In this document: one piece after another, positions 1-9,647 of the stretch | How positions within the stretch are numbered: position 1 is the stretch's first letter | Layout of the letters: each line of letters begins with the position of its first letter | Source of the DNA: an uncultured Methanomicrobiales archaeon | Lineage (GTDB): Archaea > Halobacteriota > Methanomicrobia > Methanomicrobiales > Methanospirillaceae | Assembly: GCA_963697895.1 (NCBI GenBank) | Contig: OY969100.1 | Span: forward strand, 1,568,001 to 1,632,000 | Length of the DNA stretch: 64,000 nucleotides | Direction: 5' to 3' | Position numbers and translations under genes: made by a program | The notes under the pieces: generated by a model | What the model saw: the letters and a program-made list of their open reading frames with translations, nothing else | Told to the model about the DNA's origin: nothing | Database searches by the model: none

Positions 1-1113
1 CAGACCGACCGGGTTCAGCGCACGTTGGTGTGCGATCGTCTTTTCATCCTCATTCATAACGAGCTGCAGAAGCAAAAGAAATCGGGTGACGGCGACGGCA
101 CGCGGGTCGAGATCGACCCCGAAGATCGTATTTAACAGGATTCGCTTCTTCTCGGCCAGGGTAAGTTTCCAGGAGGATTCCCAGTCAATCCTTCCGTAGA
201 TACATGTTCTTTCAATAGGACATGGACAGGGGAGATCTATACCTGATGATTCCCTGTTCAACTGGCCAGGTGGTTCTGGTCCGGGAACCGTGGTACACAG
301 GGTGCGAATCGTTTTTTCATCTGTGATAGGAAGGAGGTTGCGGATGTACCAGTCCAGATGCCAGTCGAGTAGACGCTGAAATGCGATCAGGAGAACCGTT
401 CCTGATCCACAGGCCGGGTCAAGGATACGCATCTTCGAGGCCATTACGGGGTTTATTCCTGCAAAAAGTTCTTCAACAGTTTTTTTTACCATATACTGCT
501 TAATTTCATGAGGAATTTGACCAGTAGTGCCAGCCCTTTTAAAATCCGCTGTATCCTCGATCACCGCCTGATGACTCCCGGACAATCTCACTGACTGGGT
601 AAACACCTGCTCATAGATACGGCCGAGGGGAAAAGGTGAGAGTGAAGGGGGTGTTTTCTCAGGATCGGAGAGCCGATAAAGGCCCGTAATAATCTCTTTG
701 AGAACCGAATCGGTGATATCGAATCGGGAATCCGGGTGGGACGATCCATTTGCCCGGTCATTGCTTCTGTTAAAGGAAAAAAGTCCGGCATCATAACGCG
801 AATCAGCATATTCAAAAAGGGTCATGAGACGGAATGATATTTCATCACCGGTGATTATCTCTTCTAGGATACCGGATCGTTCGATCCCGCGGTTCTCACA
901 CATCCGCAGAAAGATCATCCCATCGATTATTTTATGGACAACCGTGTTCAGCTGAACCGCTTCGAGATCGTGGTTCCGGAGAGCGAGATTTCTTGCAAGC
1001 TTATTTCGCCAGCCATTGATCTCCCTCCACACGATTTCATCGGATGGAGAAAGCCCTCTGCACTTTCCTTCGGGGCCGGGATCGGTGCGGGGTGGCTTTT
1101 CCGGAACTTTCAT
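1..1113 (-). CDS. Eco57I/type IIG-like N6-adenine DNA methyltransferase without an N-terminal nuclease domain (3' end runs off the window)
   Basis: Not in the ORF track. Manual translation is open from ATG 1113 to base 1: EINGWRNKLARNLALRN...LGRIYEQ...RILDPACGSG (SAM motif I)...WKLTLAEKKRILLNTIFGVDLDPRAV. Confidence 0.8.
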   Translation of the reverse strand, partial: MKVPEKPPRTDPGPEGKCRGLSPSDEIVWREINGWRNKLARNLALRNHDLEAVQLNTVVHKIIDGMIFLRMCENRGIERSGILEEIITGDEISFRLMTLFEYADSRYDAGLFSFNRSNDRANGSSHPDSRFDITDSVLKEIITGLYRLSDPEKTPPSLSPFPLGRIYEQVFTQSVRLSGSHQAVIEDTADFKRAGTTGQIPHEIKQYMVKKTVEELFAGINPVMASKMRILDPACGSGTVLLIAFQRLLDWHLDWYIRNLLPITDEKTIRTLCTTVPGPEPPGQLNRESSGIDLPCPCPIERTCIYGRIDWESSWKLTLAEKKRILLNTIFGVDLDPRAVAVTRFLLLLQLVMNEDEKTIAHQRALNPVGL

Positions 1114-1195
1114 GCATCATTCATTCTGTTGCGAGGTTATCTGTACTTATTGTTTCTGCCACGACAGGGAGGAAAAAAGAACAGATATCCCCGTT

Positions 1196-2005
1196 TCATT
1201 GGCCATGTCCCGCTTCAATCATCGCCTTTTTCATCTCTTTTGTATATCGGAGGATCTCCTCGGTCATGATCTGTTTATTTTCAAGATGCATATCGATAAT
1301 ATCCACGATTGCACTCCCCACAATAATTCCGTTGGCCCCTGCTCTCGCGAGCGGCTGAACATGTTCAGGTTTGGATATTCCAAACCCGACGGCAATGGGC
1401 AGATCTGTTTCGCGCCTGACGGAATTGATCAGATCTAACACCTGCGGAGGCAATACATCACGGGCTCCCGTAACGCCCGTTGTTGATGCAAGGTACAAAA
1501 AGCCTCCTGCTGTGCTGACAATCTTCTGCAATCGCTCTGGCGAGGTGGTCACCGAAATGAGAAATATCTGATCTATACCCGTGTCCCTCGCGATCGAAAT
1601 AACATCGTCAGATTCTTCAACGGGCATGTCCACAATAAGAATTCCGTCGATACCCGCATCGCGTGCCTGGCGGTAGAAACGATCTATCCCCCTCCGATAT
1701 ACACTGTTATAGTAGGTCAGGAGCACGATGGGGATCTCGGATTCATCTCTGATCGCGCGGACCATATTGAACAGCCGATCCGGGTTCATTCCCCCGTTCA
1801 GGGCCCGCTCATCTGCTTTCTGAATGGTGGGACCGTCGGCGACCGGGTCGGAAAACGGCATACCCAGTTCAAGGATGTCTGCACCTGCCCGTATGAGCGT
1901 CCTTGCCAGTTCGGGGCTGGTTTCGTAGTCGGGATCACCGGCAACGAGGAACGCGATGAAGAGGGGATTTTTCTTGTCATGAAAGACCTTCGTTATCCGA
2001 TTCAT
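1196..2005 (-). CDS. trpA: Tryptophan synthase alpha subunit
   Basis: [17 protein letters not shown] and GVTG motifs. Start moved to ATG 2005, which gives an ATGA overlap with the trpB stop. Confidence 0.96.
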   Translation of the reverse strand: MNRITKVFHDKKNPLFIAFLVAGDPDYETSPELARTLIRAGADILELGMPFSDPVADGPTIQKADERALNGGMNPDRLFNMVRAIRDESEIPIVLLTYYNSVYRRGIDRFYRQARDAGIDGILIVDMPVEESDDVISIARDTGIDQIFLISVTTSPERLQKIVSTAGGFLYLASTTGVTGARDVLPPQVLDLINSVRRETDLPIAVGFGISKPEHVQPLARAGANGIIVGSAIVDIIDMHLENKQIMTEEILRYTKEMKKAMIEAGHGQ

Positions 2006-3171
2006 TCGCAGCAACACATCCCCGCGACCTCGGCGACGTCCTTATCGCCCCGTCCTGAAAGATTGATCACCATGATATCGTTCTTCCCAAGTTCTTCGGC
2101 TGTCTTGATCCCCTGAGCGATTGCATGAGCGGACTCGAGGGCAGGTATTATCCCCTCTCTCCGGGAGAGAAGATGAAATGCTTCGAGAACTTCGCGATCG
2201 GTTACTGCCGCGTATTCCACCCGGCCGGAGTCCTTCAGCATACTATGTTCAGGGCCTACACCGGGATAATCGAGACCGGCCGAGATGCTGTGCGTGCTGG
2301 CGATCTGGCCATATTCATCCTGGAGAATATACGAAAGTGCCCCATGGAGGACTCCCCGTGAACCGGCGCAGAGTGAGGCTCCATGTTCCCCGGTTTCCAG
2401 TCCCTTTCCTGCTGCTTCCACACCGATGAGGCGGACCGGGTCATGCAGGAATGGGTAGAACATACCTATTGCATTCGAACCTCCACCGACACAGGCCAGG
2501 CACACGTCCGGCAGGGTACCAATAGTTGCCAGAAACTGTTCCCGCGTTTCCGTACCAATGACCGCCTGAAAATCCCGGACAATCCGGGGATAGGGGTGCG
2601 GGCCGACAACGGAACCGATGAGATAATGCGTTGAATCCACATTGGTCGCCCAGTCACGAAGTGCCTCATTGATCGCGTCCTTGAGGGTCCGGGTCCCGGT
2701 GCATACGGGGATAACCCGGGCGCCGAGCAGTTCCATGCGAAATACGTTCAGTTTCTGGCGTTTAATATCGACCTCCCCCATGTAGACATCAACCGGGATT
2801 CCGAGCACCGCGCCCACGATAGCGGTTGCAACCCCGTGCTGTCCCGCACCGGTCTCCGCAATAAGCCGTTTCTTTCCCATGAATTTTGCAAGGATTGCCT
2901 GTCCCAGGGTATTGTTGATCTTATGGGCTCCCCCGTGGAGAAGGTCCTCCCGCTTCAGAAATACCCGACACCCGAGAGAGGCCGACAAGTTCTCGCAGCA
3001 GGTGAGCGGGGTGGGCCGTCCCGCATAGTCGGTGAGATATCGGTTAAGGGTACACTGAGCATCACGGTCCACCCGGAATTGTTCATACCCCTCCTCCAGT
3101 TCCTCCAGTGCACCCATCAGCGTCTCCGGAACATACTGTCCGCCGTAATCGCCATATCGTCCTTTTTTCAA
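2002..3171 (-). CDS. trpB: Tryptophan synthase beta subunit
   Basis: [15 protein letters not shown] (PLP lysine), [15 protein letters not shown]. Likely TTG start at 3171 overlapping the trpF stop; the ORF-track extension is spurious. Confidence 0.96.
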   Translation of the reverse strand: MKKGRYGDYGGQYVPETLMGALEELEEGYEQFRVDRDAQCTLNRYLTDYAGRPTPLTCCENLSASLGCRVFLKREDLLHGGAHKINNTLGQAILAKFMGKKRLIAETGAGQHGVATAIVGAVLGIPVDVYMGEVDIKRQKLNVFRMELLGARVIPVCTGTRTLKDAINEALRDWATNVDSTHYLIGSVVGPHPYPRIVRDFQAVIGTETREQFLATIGTLPDVCLACVGGGSNAIGMFYPFLHDPVRLIGVEAAGKGLETGEHGASLCAGSRGVLHGALSYILQDEYGQIASTHSISAGLDYPGVGPEHSMLKDSGRVEYAAVTDREVLEAFHLLSRREGIIPALESAHAIAQGIKTAEELGKNDIMVINLSGRGDKDVAEVAGMCCCE

Positions 3172-3746
3172 AGGTTCTCCTCCCTGCAGTTCCCTATAAA
3201 ACACCTGATCTTCTCCTTGTCTTTTATTCCCGGCAATGATTCGACCCCGGAAGAAACATCTACGGCGTCGGGACGCACTTCTGCGATCGCCTGCCGGACA
3301 TTTTCGGGTTTCAATCCTCCCGCGAGGAATACCGGGACCATAGAACGTCTCACGATATCCCGGGCAAATGATAAATTGAATCTTTTTCCACATCCATGGC
3401 TCTCATCCACGACAAATGCATCGGTATCTTTCCGGAGTGGATCTCCCGGTTTTATTACGCGGAACACCTGAACGCTGCGATTTGCAGGGAACGGGAAAGG
3501 GTGAGAAATCTGGATAGCCCCGGGATTGAGCGAGAGGATTTTCTTCAATTCTTCCTTTGATGTGGTATGGGTCACCGCTACCGTCAAGGTCGCCGGGTCA
3601 AGCACGGAAAAAATGTCCTGCGCTTGCTCCAGAGGAACAGATCGGGGGGAATCGGAAAACACCACTACCCCGATGGCATCCGCGCCACACATCTCCGCAT
3701 GCAATGCATCCTCTTCCCGGGTAATCCCACATATCTTTATGCGAAT
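3168..3746 (-). CDS. trpF: Phosphoribosylanthranilate isomerase (apparent ATT start)
   Basis: In-frame RIKICGIT N-terminal motif lies upstream of the TTG at 3704; LAGGL and VDVSSGVE motifs; GGAGG 7 nt upstream of ATT 3746. Confidence 0.9.
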   Translation of the reverse strand: MRIKICGITREEDALHAEMCGADAIGVVVFSDSPRSVPLEQAQDIFSVLDPATLTVAVTHTTSKEELKKILSLNPGAIQISHPFPFPANRSVQVFRVIKPGDPLRKDTDAFVVDESHGCGKRFNLSFARDIVRRSMVPVFLAGGLKPENVRQAIAEVRPDAVDVSSGVESLPGIKDKEKIRCFIGNCREENL

Positions 3747-4492
3747 ATCAATTCCTCCAGAAATGTTTTCGGATCCTCGGATCTCATGAGGGCAGACCCG
3801 ATGAGAAATGCATCGCAGATTCCCTTGAGCGAATGGATGTCATCGGAAGTGCAAATACCGCTCATGGAGACTATCTGCACTCCTTCCTGGCGCAGTATCG
3901 GTGAAAGACGCCGGGTCGTCCCGAGATCGGTCTTCATGGTTACGAGATTGCGGTTATTTATGCCAATAAGGTCTGCACCTGATGAGCATGCGAGCCTGAC
4001 GTCGCCGATGGTATGGACTTCAACAAGGGGATCAAGGCCAAGTTTCCGCGACAGGCTGATAAAAGACCGGAGGCGGGTGTCGAGGATTCGGGCAATCAGA
4101 AGGATAGCATCGGCCCCAAGTGCTTTCGTCTCGTATACCTGCCGATCGTCGATGATGAAATCTTTCCGTAAAATTGGAACGGGTGAAACTGCTCCTAATT
4201 TTTCGAGTGTCGTGGCGCTCCCCCCAAAGAAATCCGGCTCGGTCAGCACCGATAGGGCGATACATCCCCCGGTGATCAGATCATCCGCGATATCCTCCGG
4301 ATCCCGGGTGTTTCCGGTAAATCCGGTAGAGGGAGATGCATATTTCAGCTCGCCTATGATCGCATTACCCGCTACGGCAGCACTGATTGCGTTCTTCAGG
4401 CTTTTCGGCCGGTGAGACGTTTTATGAGCCGGATATTCGCTGATTGCGGCCACTCTCCTTTCCGTTGATTCCAGGATATCCTTGAGGATCAT
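3737..4492 (-). CDS. trpC: Indole-3-glycerol phosphate synthase
   Basis: ELKYASPS, LSVLTEP, LRKDFI and GINNRNL motifs; operon position. Confidence 0.96.
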   Translation of the reverse strand: MILKDILESTERRVAAISEYPAHKTSHRPKSLKNAISAAVAGNAIIGELKYASPSTGFTGNTRDPEDIADDLITGGCIALSVLTEPDFFGGSATTLEKLGAVSPVPILRKDFIIDDRQVYETKALGADAILLIARILDTRLRSFISLSRKLGLDPLVEVHTIGDVRLACSSGADLIGINNRNLVTMKTDLGTTRRLSPILRQEGVQIVSMSGICTSDDIHSLKGICDAFLIGSALMRSEDPKTFLEELIFA

Positions 4493-5505
4493 GATGCAGC
4501 CCCTGTCTCGAGGATCAGTTGTTCCAGAATTCTATAGGCTTTCCCGGTATCGATCGCGGATTCGGCACGGGAAATTCCCTCCTCGATATTTTTAGCCTTC
4601 CTTCCCAGGTAAATCGCCGCTGCGGCATTCAGGATCACGATATCGCGCCCTGGCCCGTTCTCTCCGGAAAGCACTGCCCGGATGATACCGGCATTCGTCG
4701 ACGCATCTCCTCCCCGTAACGCCCCCCGGACCGCCGGGCAGATCCCGAAGTCCTCGCAGCGGATCTCGTAGGTGTGGATCACCCCTTCGTTGAGTTCAGA
4801 GACCCGGGTAGGTCCTGTCGTTGAGATCTCATCCAGCCCTCCGCCCGATACTACCATCGCCTTCGACACGCCAAGACTGGAGAGAACTGATGCGATCTTT
4901 CTGGTCAAACGGGGATCATACACTCCGAGCAGCTGGGCTTGTGCTCCTGCAGGGTTCGCAAGTGGCCCGAGGAGGTTAAAGACGGTCCGGATACCGAGCT
5001 CCTTCCTCGGAGTGACTACGTAACGCATCGCCGGATGGTAGAGGGGTGCAAAGAGGAAACCGATGTGATGTCGCTCGATCATGCTCGTAACCTGGGCCGG
5101 GGTGGACGTAAGGCTCACCCCGAGTGCTTCCAGCACGTCTGCCGACCCGCACCGGCTGCTCACGCTTCGGTTCCCATGTTTCACGACCGGGACACCGGCC
5201 CCGGCCGCCACCAATGCAGCAGCCGTGCTGATATTGAAGGTTGAGGCATTATCTCCCCCGGTACCGCAGGTATCGACCAGAATACCGTCGACTTTCGGAC
5301 GCAGAACCACCCCGCAACCCCTCATGACCCGGGCAAAGGCGGTGATTTCTGTCTCGGTCTCCCCTTTCATCCGGAGAGCCGTGATGAAGGCGGCGACCTG
5401 TGAATGTGTTGCCTCTCCAGTCATAACTTCCTCCATCACCTCTGCTGCCTCCCGGGGGGTGAGATCTTCCCCTTCAATCAGCAAGGCCAGTGCTTTTTGA
5501 ATCAT
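4489..5505 (-). CDS. trpD: Anthranilate phosphoribosyltransferase
   Basis: DTCGTGGD, FNIST and KHGNRSVSSRCGSAD motifs. Confidence 0.96.
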   Translation of the reverse strand: MIQKALALLIEGEDLTPREAAEVMEEVMTGEATHSQVAAFITALRMKGETETEITAFARVMRGCGVVLRPKVDGILVDTCGTGGDNASTFNISTAAALVAAGAGVPVVKHGNRSVSSRCGSADVLEALGVSLTSTPAQVTSMIERHHIGFLFAPLYHPAMRYVVTPRKELGIRTVFNLLGPLANPAGAQAQLLGVYDPRLTRKIASVLSSLGVSKAMVVSGGGLDEISTTGPTRVSELNEGVIHTYEIRCEDFGICPAVRGALRGGDASTNAGIIRAVLSGENGPGRDIVILNAAAAIYLGRKAKNIEEGISRAESAIDTGKAYRILEQLILETGAAS

Positions 5506-6074
5506 GCTGCAATCTCCAAAAAGTTCCGGATGATCTGATCTCCCTCGGGGGTAAGGATGCTCTCGGGATGGAACTGGATCCCATGGACGGGAAATGTACG
5601 GTGTCTCACTCCCATCACGTAACCGTCGGCATTACACCGTGCAGACACTTCGAGTTCATACGGCATCGTATCCATGTCAGCGATTAGCGAGTGGTACCGG
5701 GTTGCAGTGCAGGGGTTCGTTATTCCGGAGAAGATACCTTTTCCATCATGGTGGATCTCCGCTGTCTTGCCGTGCATCGGATCTCCAGCCTGCACAACGG
5801 TCCCACCGAAGGCGACACATATAGCCTGATGCCCAAGGCATACCCCGAGGGTGGGAATCCGGCGGCTCATGGTGGCGAGTACTTCCAGGCACACCCCCGA
5901 ATCTTCGGGATGACCCGGTCCTGGTGAAAGTATGATCCGGTCGCACACACACTGTTCTACACGGGCAAGTGGCGTATCACTGGTCATGACCAGAGGCTCA
6001 GCTCCCAGCGCTCCGACCTGCTGGACGAGATTATAGGTAAAACTATCGTAGCAGTCGATGATCAGGACTTTCAC
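5502..6074 (-). CDS. trpG: Anthranilate synthase component II (glutamine amidotransferase)
   Basis: IDCYDSFTYN, SPGPGHP, GVCLGHQ and QFHPES motifs. Confidence 0.96.
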   Translation of the reverse strand: MKVLIIDCYDSFTYNLVQQVGALGAEPLVMTSDTPLARVEQCVCDRIILSPGPGHPEDSGVCLEVLATMSRRIPTLGVCLGHQAICVAFGGTVVQAGDPMHGKTAEIHHDGKGIFSGITNPCTATRYHSLIADMDTMPYELEVSARCNADGYVMGVRHRTFPVHGIQFHPESILTPEGDQIIRNFLEIAA

Positions 6075-7657
6075 TGATATCTCCCCGCCTGCTGAACTGC
6101 ATTGACCATTGCCCTTGCTTTATTCTCTGTCTCCTGCCATTCATGTTCGGGAACAGAGTCGGCGACGATCCCCGCACCTACCTGTATGGATGCCTTCCCT
6201 TTCCGGGCAATGATAGTACGGATCGTGATTGCGAACTCGAGATTCCGGTCAAAACCCATATATCCTACCGCTCCCGCATACAGACCTCTTCGATCCGGCT
6301 CCAGCTCATCTATGATCTGCATTGCCCGGATCTTCGGCGCACCTGAGACGGTTCCGGCCGGAAAACAGGATTTTAAGGCATCACATCCGTCAAGATTATC
6401 CTGGAGCGATCCGTGCACTGTCGAGACGATGTGCTGGACATGGGAGAACTTCTCAATGTTCATGAAATCATTCACACAGACCGACCCATATTTGCTGACC
6501 CTTCCGACATCGTTCCGGGCAAGATCGACAAGCATTGTATGTTCTGCCCGTTCTTTTTCATCCGCGAGGAGTTGATCTGCGAGATACCGATCTTCCTCAT
6601 CCGTCTTTCCCCGGAGGCGGGTTCCTGCGATAGGAACAGTGGTCACCCTCCGGTTCTCAACCCGTACAAGCATCTCAGGGCTGGCTCCGATCACCTGCAG
6701 GTCGTTAAAATCGAGATAATACATGTAGGGACTCGGATTGATCTCCCGGAGGGCCCGGTATACGGTGAAGGGATCTCCGGCGAGTTCAATATCGATCCTT
6801 CTGGACAATACTCCCTGAAAGATATCACCCGCATAGATATGCTCCTTCATCTCCTTCACAGACTGTTGAAAGGCATCCCCGGATATTGACTCGGTGGATC
6901 TTATAGTGGTTTCATCGCGGTTGGGTTTGGATCGGCGCATAATTTTTGACGGGGCGATCTTGCGGATCCGTTCCGCCAAGGAAAGGATCCGTTCTCTGCT
7001 TTTTTCGTATTCTTCGGCGAAATCAGAGTCATACGTAAGAAAGGGGCTGCAGAAGATGTACAACTTGTCGGCAAAATGGTCAAAGACTATGCAGTCCTTG
7101 GTTAACATGAACTGCGCCAGGGGAAGATCGGTGGCCGGTTTTCCGCTCTTCAAGACCCCACGATAAATGGAATACACAAGATCATAAGAGAAATAACCCA
7201 CCATGCCGCCGAAAAACCGGGGAGCCTGCACATTAATGTAGTTAAACCTTTGAAGGATGGACCGGATATGGTCTACCGCATCTTCTCCCGCTGGGTTCTT
7301 TGCGATAGATACGAACGGTTCTTTACCCTGTAACCCGATTGAATCCCCGATCGTAACCAGGAGCTCGGGATCGTTGCCAATATAGGAGTACCGTGCAATC
7401 TTTTCACTTCCCTCGATTGATTCCAGTAGATAGCCATAGGATGTTCTCAAATGTGAAAAAAGGTCCGGGGGGGAGACCTGCGGCAGCGGGATCTCAGCAC
7501 AGATCGGAATAATGAGGGGTTTTGCCTGATGTTCAACCGCCGCGAGATAATCTGTGAAACCCAGGTTCAGGGCTATTTCCCCATCACCAGGGTTTCTTAC
7601 CAGTCCGACGGCATCCGCCTCCGGATTTCGGCTAGACTTTTTTGCATACAGGTTCAT
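6071..7657 (-). CDS. trpE: Anthranilate synthase component I
   Basis: LLES, NPSPYM, EHTMLVDLARND and PAGTVSGAPK motifs. Confidence 0.96.
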   Translation of the reverse strand: MNLYAKKSSRNPEADAVGLVRNPGDGEIALNLGFTDYLAAVEHQAKPLIIPICAEIPLPQVSPPDLFSHLRTSYGYLLESIEGSEKIARYSYIGNDPELLVTIGDSIGLQGKEPFVSIAKNPAGEDAVDHIRSILQRFNYINVQAPRFFGGMVGYFSYDLVYSIYRGVLKSGKPATDLPLAQFMLTKDCIVFDHFADKLYIFCSPFLTYDSDFAEEYEKSRERILSLAERIRKIAPSKIMRRSKPNRDETTIRSTESISGDAFQQSVKEMKEHIYAGDIFQGVLSRRIDIELAGDPFTVYRALREINPSPYMYYLDFNDLQVIGASPEMLVRVENRRVTTVPIAGTRLRGKTDEEDRYLADQLLADEKERAEHTMLVDLARNDVGRVSKYGSVCVNDFMNIEKFSHVQHIVSTVHGSLQDNLDGCDALKSCFPAGTVSGAPKIRAMQIIDELEPDRRGLYAGAVGYMGFDRNLEFAITIRTIIARKGKASIQVGAGIVADSVPEHEWQETENKARAMVNAVQQAGRYQ

Positions 7658-7663
7658 TTATTT

Positions 7664-7709
7664 TGTATATATTTATACATTGCTGTACTAAATTGACTAT
7701 TGATGTATA
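7664..7709. promoter_or_regulatory. Putative TrpY operator (TRP-box array) upstream of trpE
   Basis: Hexamers TGTATA 7664, TATACA 7674, TGTACT 7684, (TGACTA 7694) and TGTATA 7704 recur at exact 10-bp period and resemble the TGTACA TRP box. The first two form an inverted repeat. Confidence 0.7.
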
Positions 7710-7918
7710 AGTTATATCGATCGGTACTCGACATTGAAAGGCTGGAAAGAATGCTTTCTTCGAGATCGGGAGGTGAAATGTCTGACTGAATTAATTACGA
7801 TCTTTTCTTTTTTTCTCGTTACAAGCGTCTTGAAGTAACCTTTTGACCCCGTTTCACAGCGTGTTAAAAAAATTGATGAAAATTTTCGCTCTGTTAACCC
7901 GTTATCCAATATATTGAT

Positions 7919-8161
7919 TCAACCCTTTTCACTCCTCTTCCAGAGAACGTTAAAGAATATATGGATGAGAAGGAGAATGAAAAAAGGCCCCCAGAGAATG
8001 AGATGTATCTGATAGGAGACTGCCTTCCCGAGGAATCCAAGCGTGAGCGGTGTGATGACGCTTGCCCGCGTGATTCCGAGACCGGTGATAACGAGGAGTA
8101 TGGAAAGAGCCCCAAGGGTATATGCGATTGCGTATCGGACTGTTGAACGTCGTATTTTCAT
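7919..8161 (-). CDS. Small two-TM membrane protein with His53/His67, resembling half a cytochrome b
   Basis: 80 aa; two hydrophobic helices; ITG in helix 1; two His 14 residues apart in helix 2; follows the molybdoenzyme gene. Confidence 0.65.
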   Translation of the reverse strand: MKIRRSTVRYAIAYTLGALSILLVITGLGITRASVITPLTLGFLGKAVSYQIHLILWGPFFILLLIHIFFNVLWKRSEKG

Positions 8162-8263
8162 TGAAGCATATCCTGATCAATCTATGTCTGATTATTTCTT
8201 TTTTCTTTTTTAAAAGAATTTTTATGTTAGAGAGCTGATTAACGGTTTATAGATACCACGATT

Positions 8264-8960
8264 TCAAAACGTAAAGAAACTCTTGTTCAGGTCCCCCGAA
8301 TTCGAATAACCCCGCTGCTCCCAGTATCCCCGGTAACTCGTGTCGTTCGAAAGTCTCGATCCGATCGATCCATTTGATCCACTTATACCCCCACTTATCT
8401 TCTGCAACGAGCATGAATGGGAAACCACGCTCTGCGGGTATGGTCACGTTGTTCATTCGATATGCCATGATGATATCGTTGTCTTGTAAATATTCTATCG
8501 GGAACGAGGTAGTGTATCCGTCGTTCGCATGGAAAATTACGGTGTTTGCCTGTGGATTAACTCCCGAAGAATTGAGAATATCTCGGACGAGGACACCTTC
8601 CCATAGGATGGTCACGTCCCAACCCTCGACGCAGTCGAGCGTTACAACTTTTGAATATGGTTGATAGGTGTTGATTACATCTTCATAACGGTAAATGAGC
8701 GTTTTATTCGTGAGGCCGGTAACCGTAAGCCGGTATGTCGATTCATTGATATATTGTGGACCTTTGATAGAGTTTTCCCGAAAATCATTGACCGATGAAA
8801 GATTCTCGCCCTGGTATGATCGGACCTCAACTGATGCGAGGGGTATCGTGGAGGGACCCGGCGCGGGAGTCTGTTCCAAGGTGATATCGATCGCAAAGAG
8901 AATCCCGACCACAACGATAGCAAGGATAATTAAAGACTTGCCAATAACAGACGCACGCAT
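8264..8960 (-). CDS. Membrane-anchored molybdopterin-dependent oxidoreductase (sulfite oxidase/MsrP family); +1 frameshift near 8354
   Basis: N-terminal TM, TLDCVEGW (Mo-ligating Cys), RGFPF, KWGYKWIKWI. The conserved GYWEQRGY tail is in the next frame and ends at TGA 8264. Confidence 0.85.
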
Positions 8961-9647
8961 GATCTCTGGTAATTATTCAAACAGGGTATTGTATTAATTG
9001 TCTGATAATGACAGTGAATTCTTTATTCGATATGCAGCATTCGAATTCTATACGCGTTGCAAAATAATCATCTCACCCGGAGACCCTGATCAGAACGGGA
9101 TGAGAGAGCCGATATTACAATTAAGGATAAACCCGGGGAAACCTTTCGTTATTTTCACCTTGGACAACCCCAATGATGCATTTTCCTTGTTTGACAAATT
9201 AAATTCCTACTTGCTTGATACGTTAAGTTGTATGATCACCTGCACTTTATGAACAGAAGGTGGGGAGGACATGAAAGGCCGGAAACAGGATGCAAAGCCA
9301 AATGGTTGATTAGCGTGGTAAAAAGGGAAAATCCTGCAGTAGAACTGGATTTGGGCGCGATAAACCCTATTGAAGAACAGATACGAAACTGCCCGACGAC
9401 GAGAAAGAGGTGCAACTCCTCATTCATGACAATGAAATCCGGCCGTGCTGAAAAATGGCTACCTTTATCTTCGCCCGAAAACTCATGATGAATGGTTAGG
9501 ATGTGCACGCAAAAATTGCCTCGGCATCTGCACTACAAATGCTCGATCTTCTCAAGGAATCTGGCATCCATCAGGATATTGAAAACCAGCGCCCCGGCGA
9601 TGACGAAGATGCCGACCTCCTTGTTCTTGCCTTATGATAACCTGATG

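Noticed and set aside
3172-3393. N-terminal extensions of trpB (also cdhE, Yip1, SAMP and the HTH-Mmp11 protein) in the ORF track
   Set aside because: They overlap upstream genes or promoters; internal starts give canonical N-termini, often with stop/start coupling.
3737-3842. Programmed -1 frameshift producing a TrpC-TrpF fusion
   Set aside because: No clear slippery heptamer; a well-spaced GGAGG before ATT explains trpF more simply.
9228-9640. Possible decayed gene or small ORFs between the molybdoenzyme gene and nre
   Set aside because: Fragments in several frames show no recognisable family; no call is supportable.
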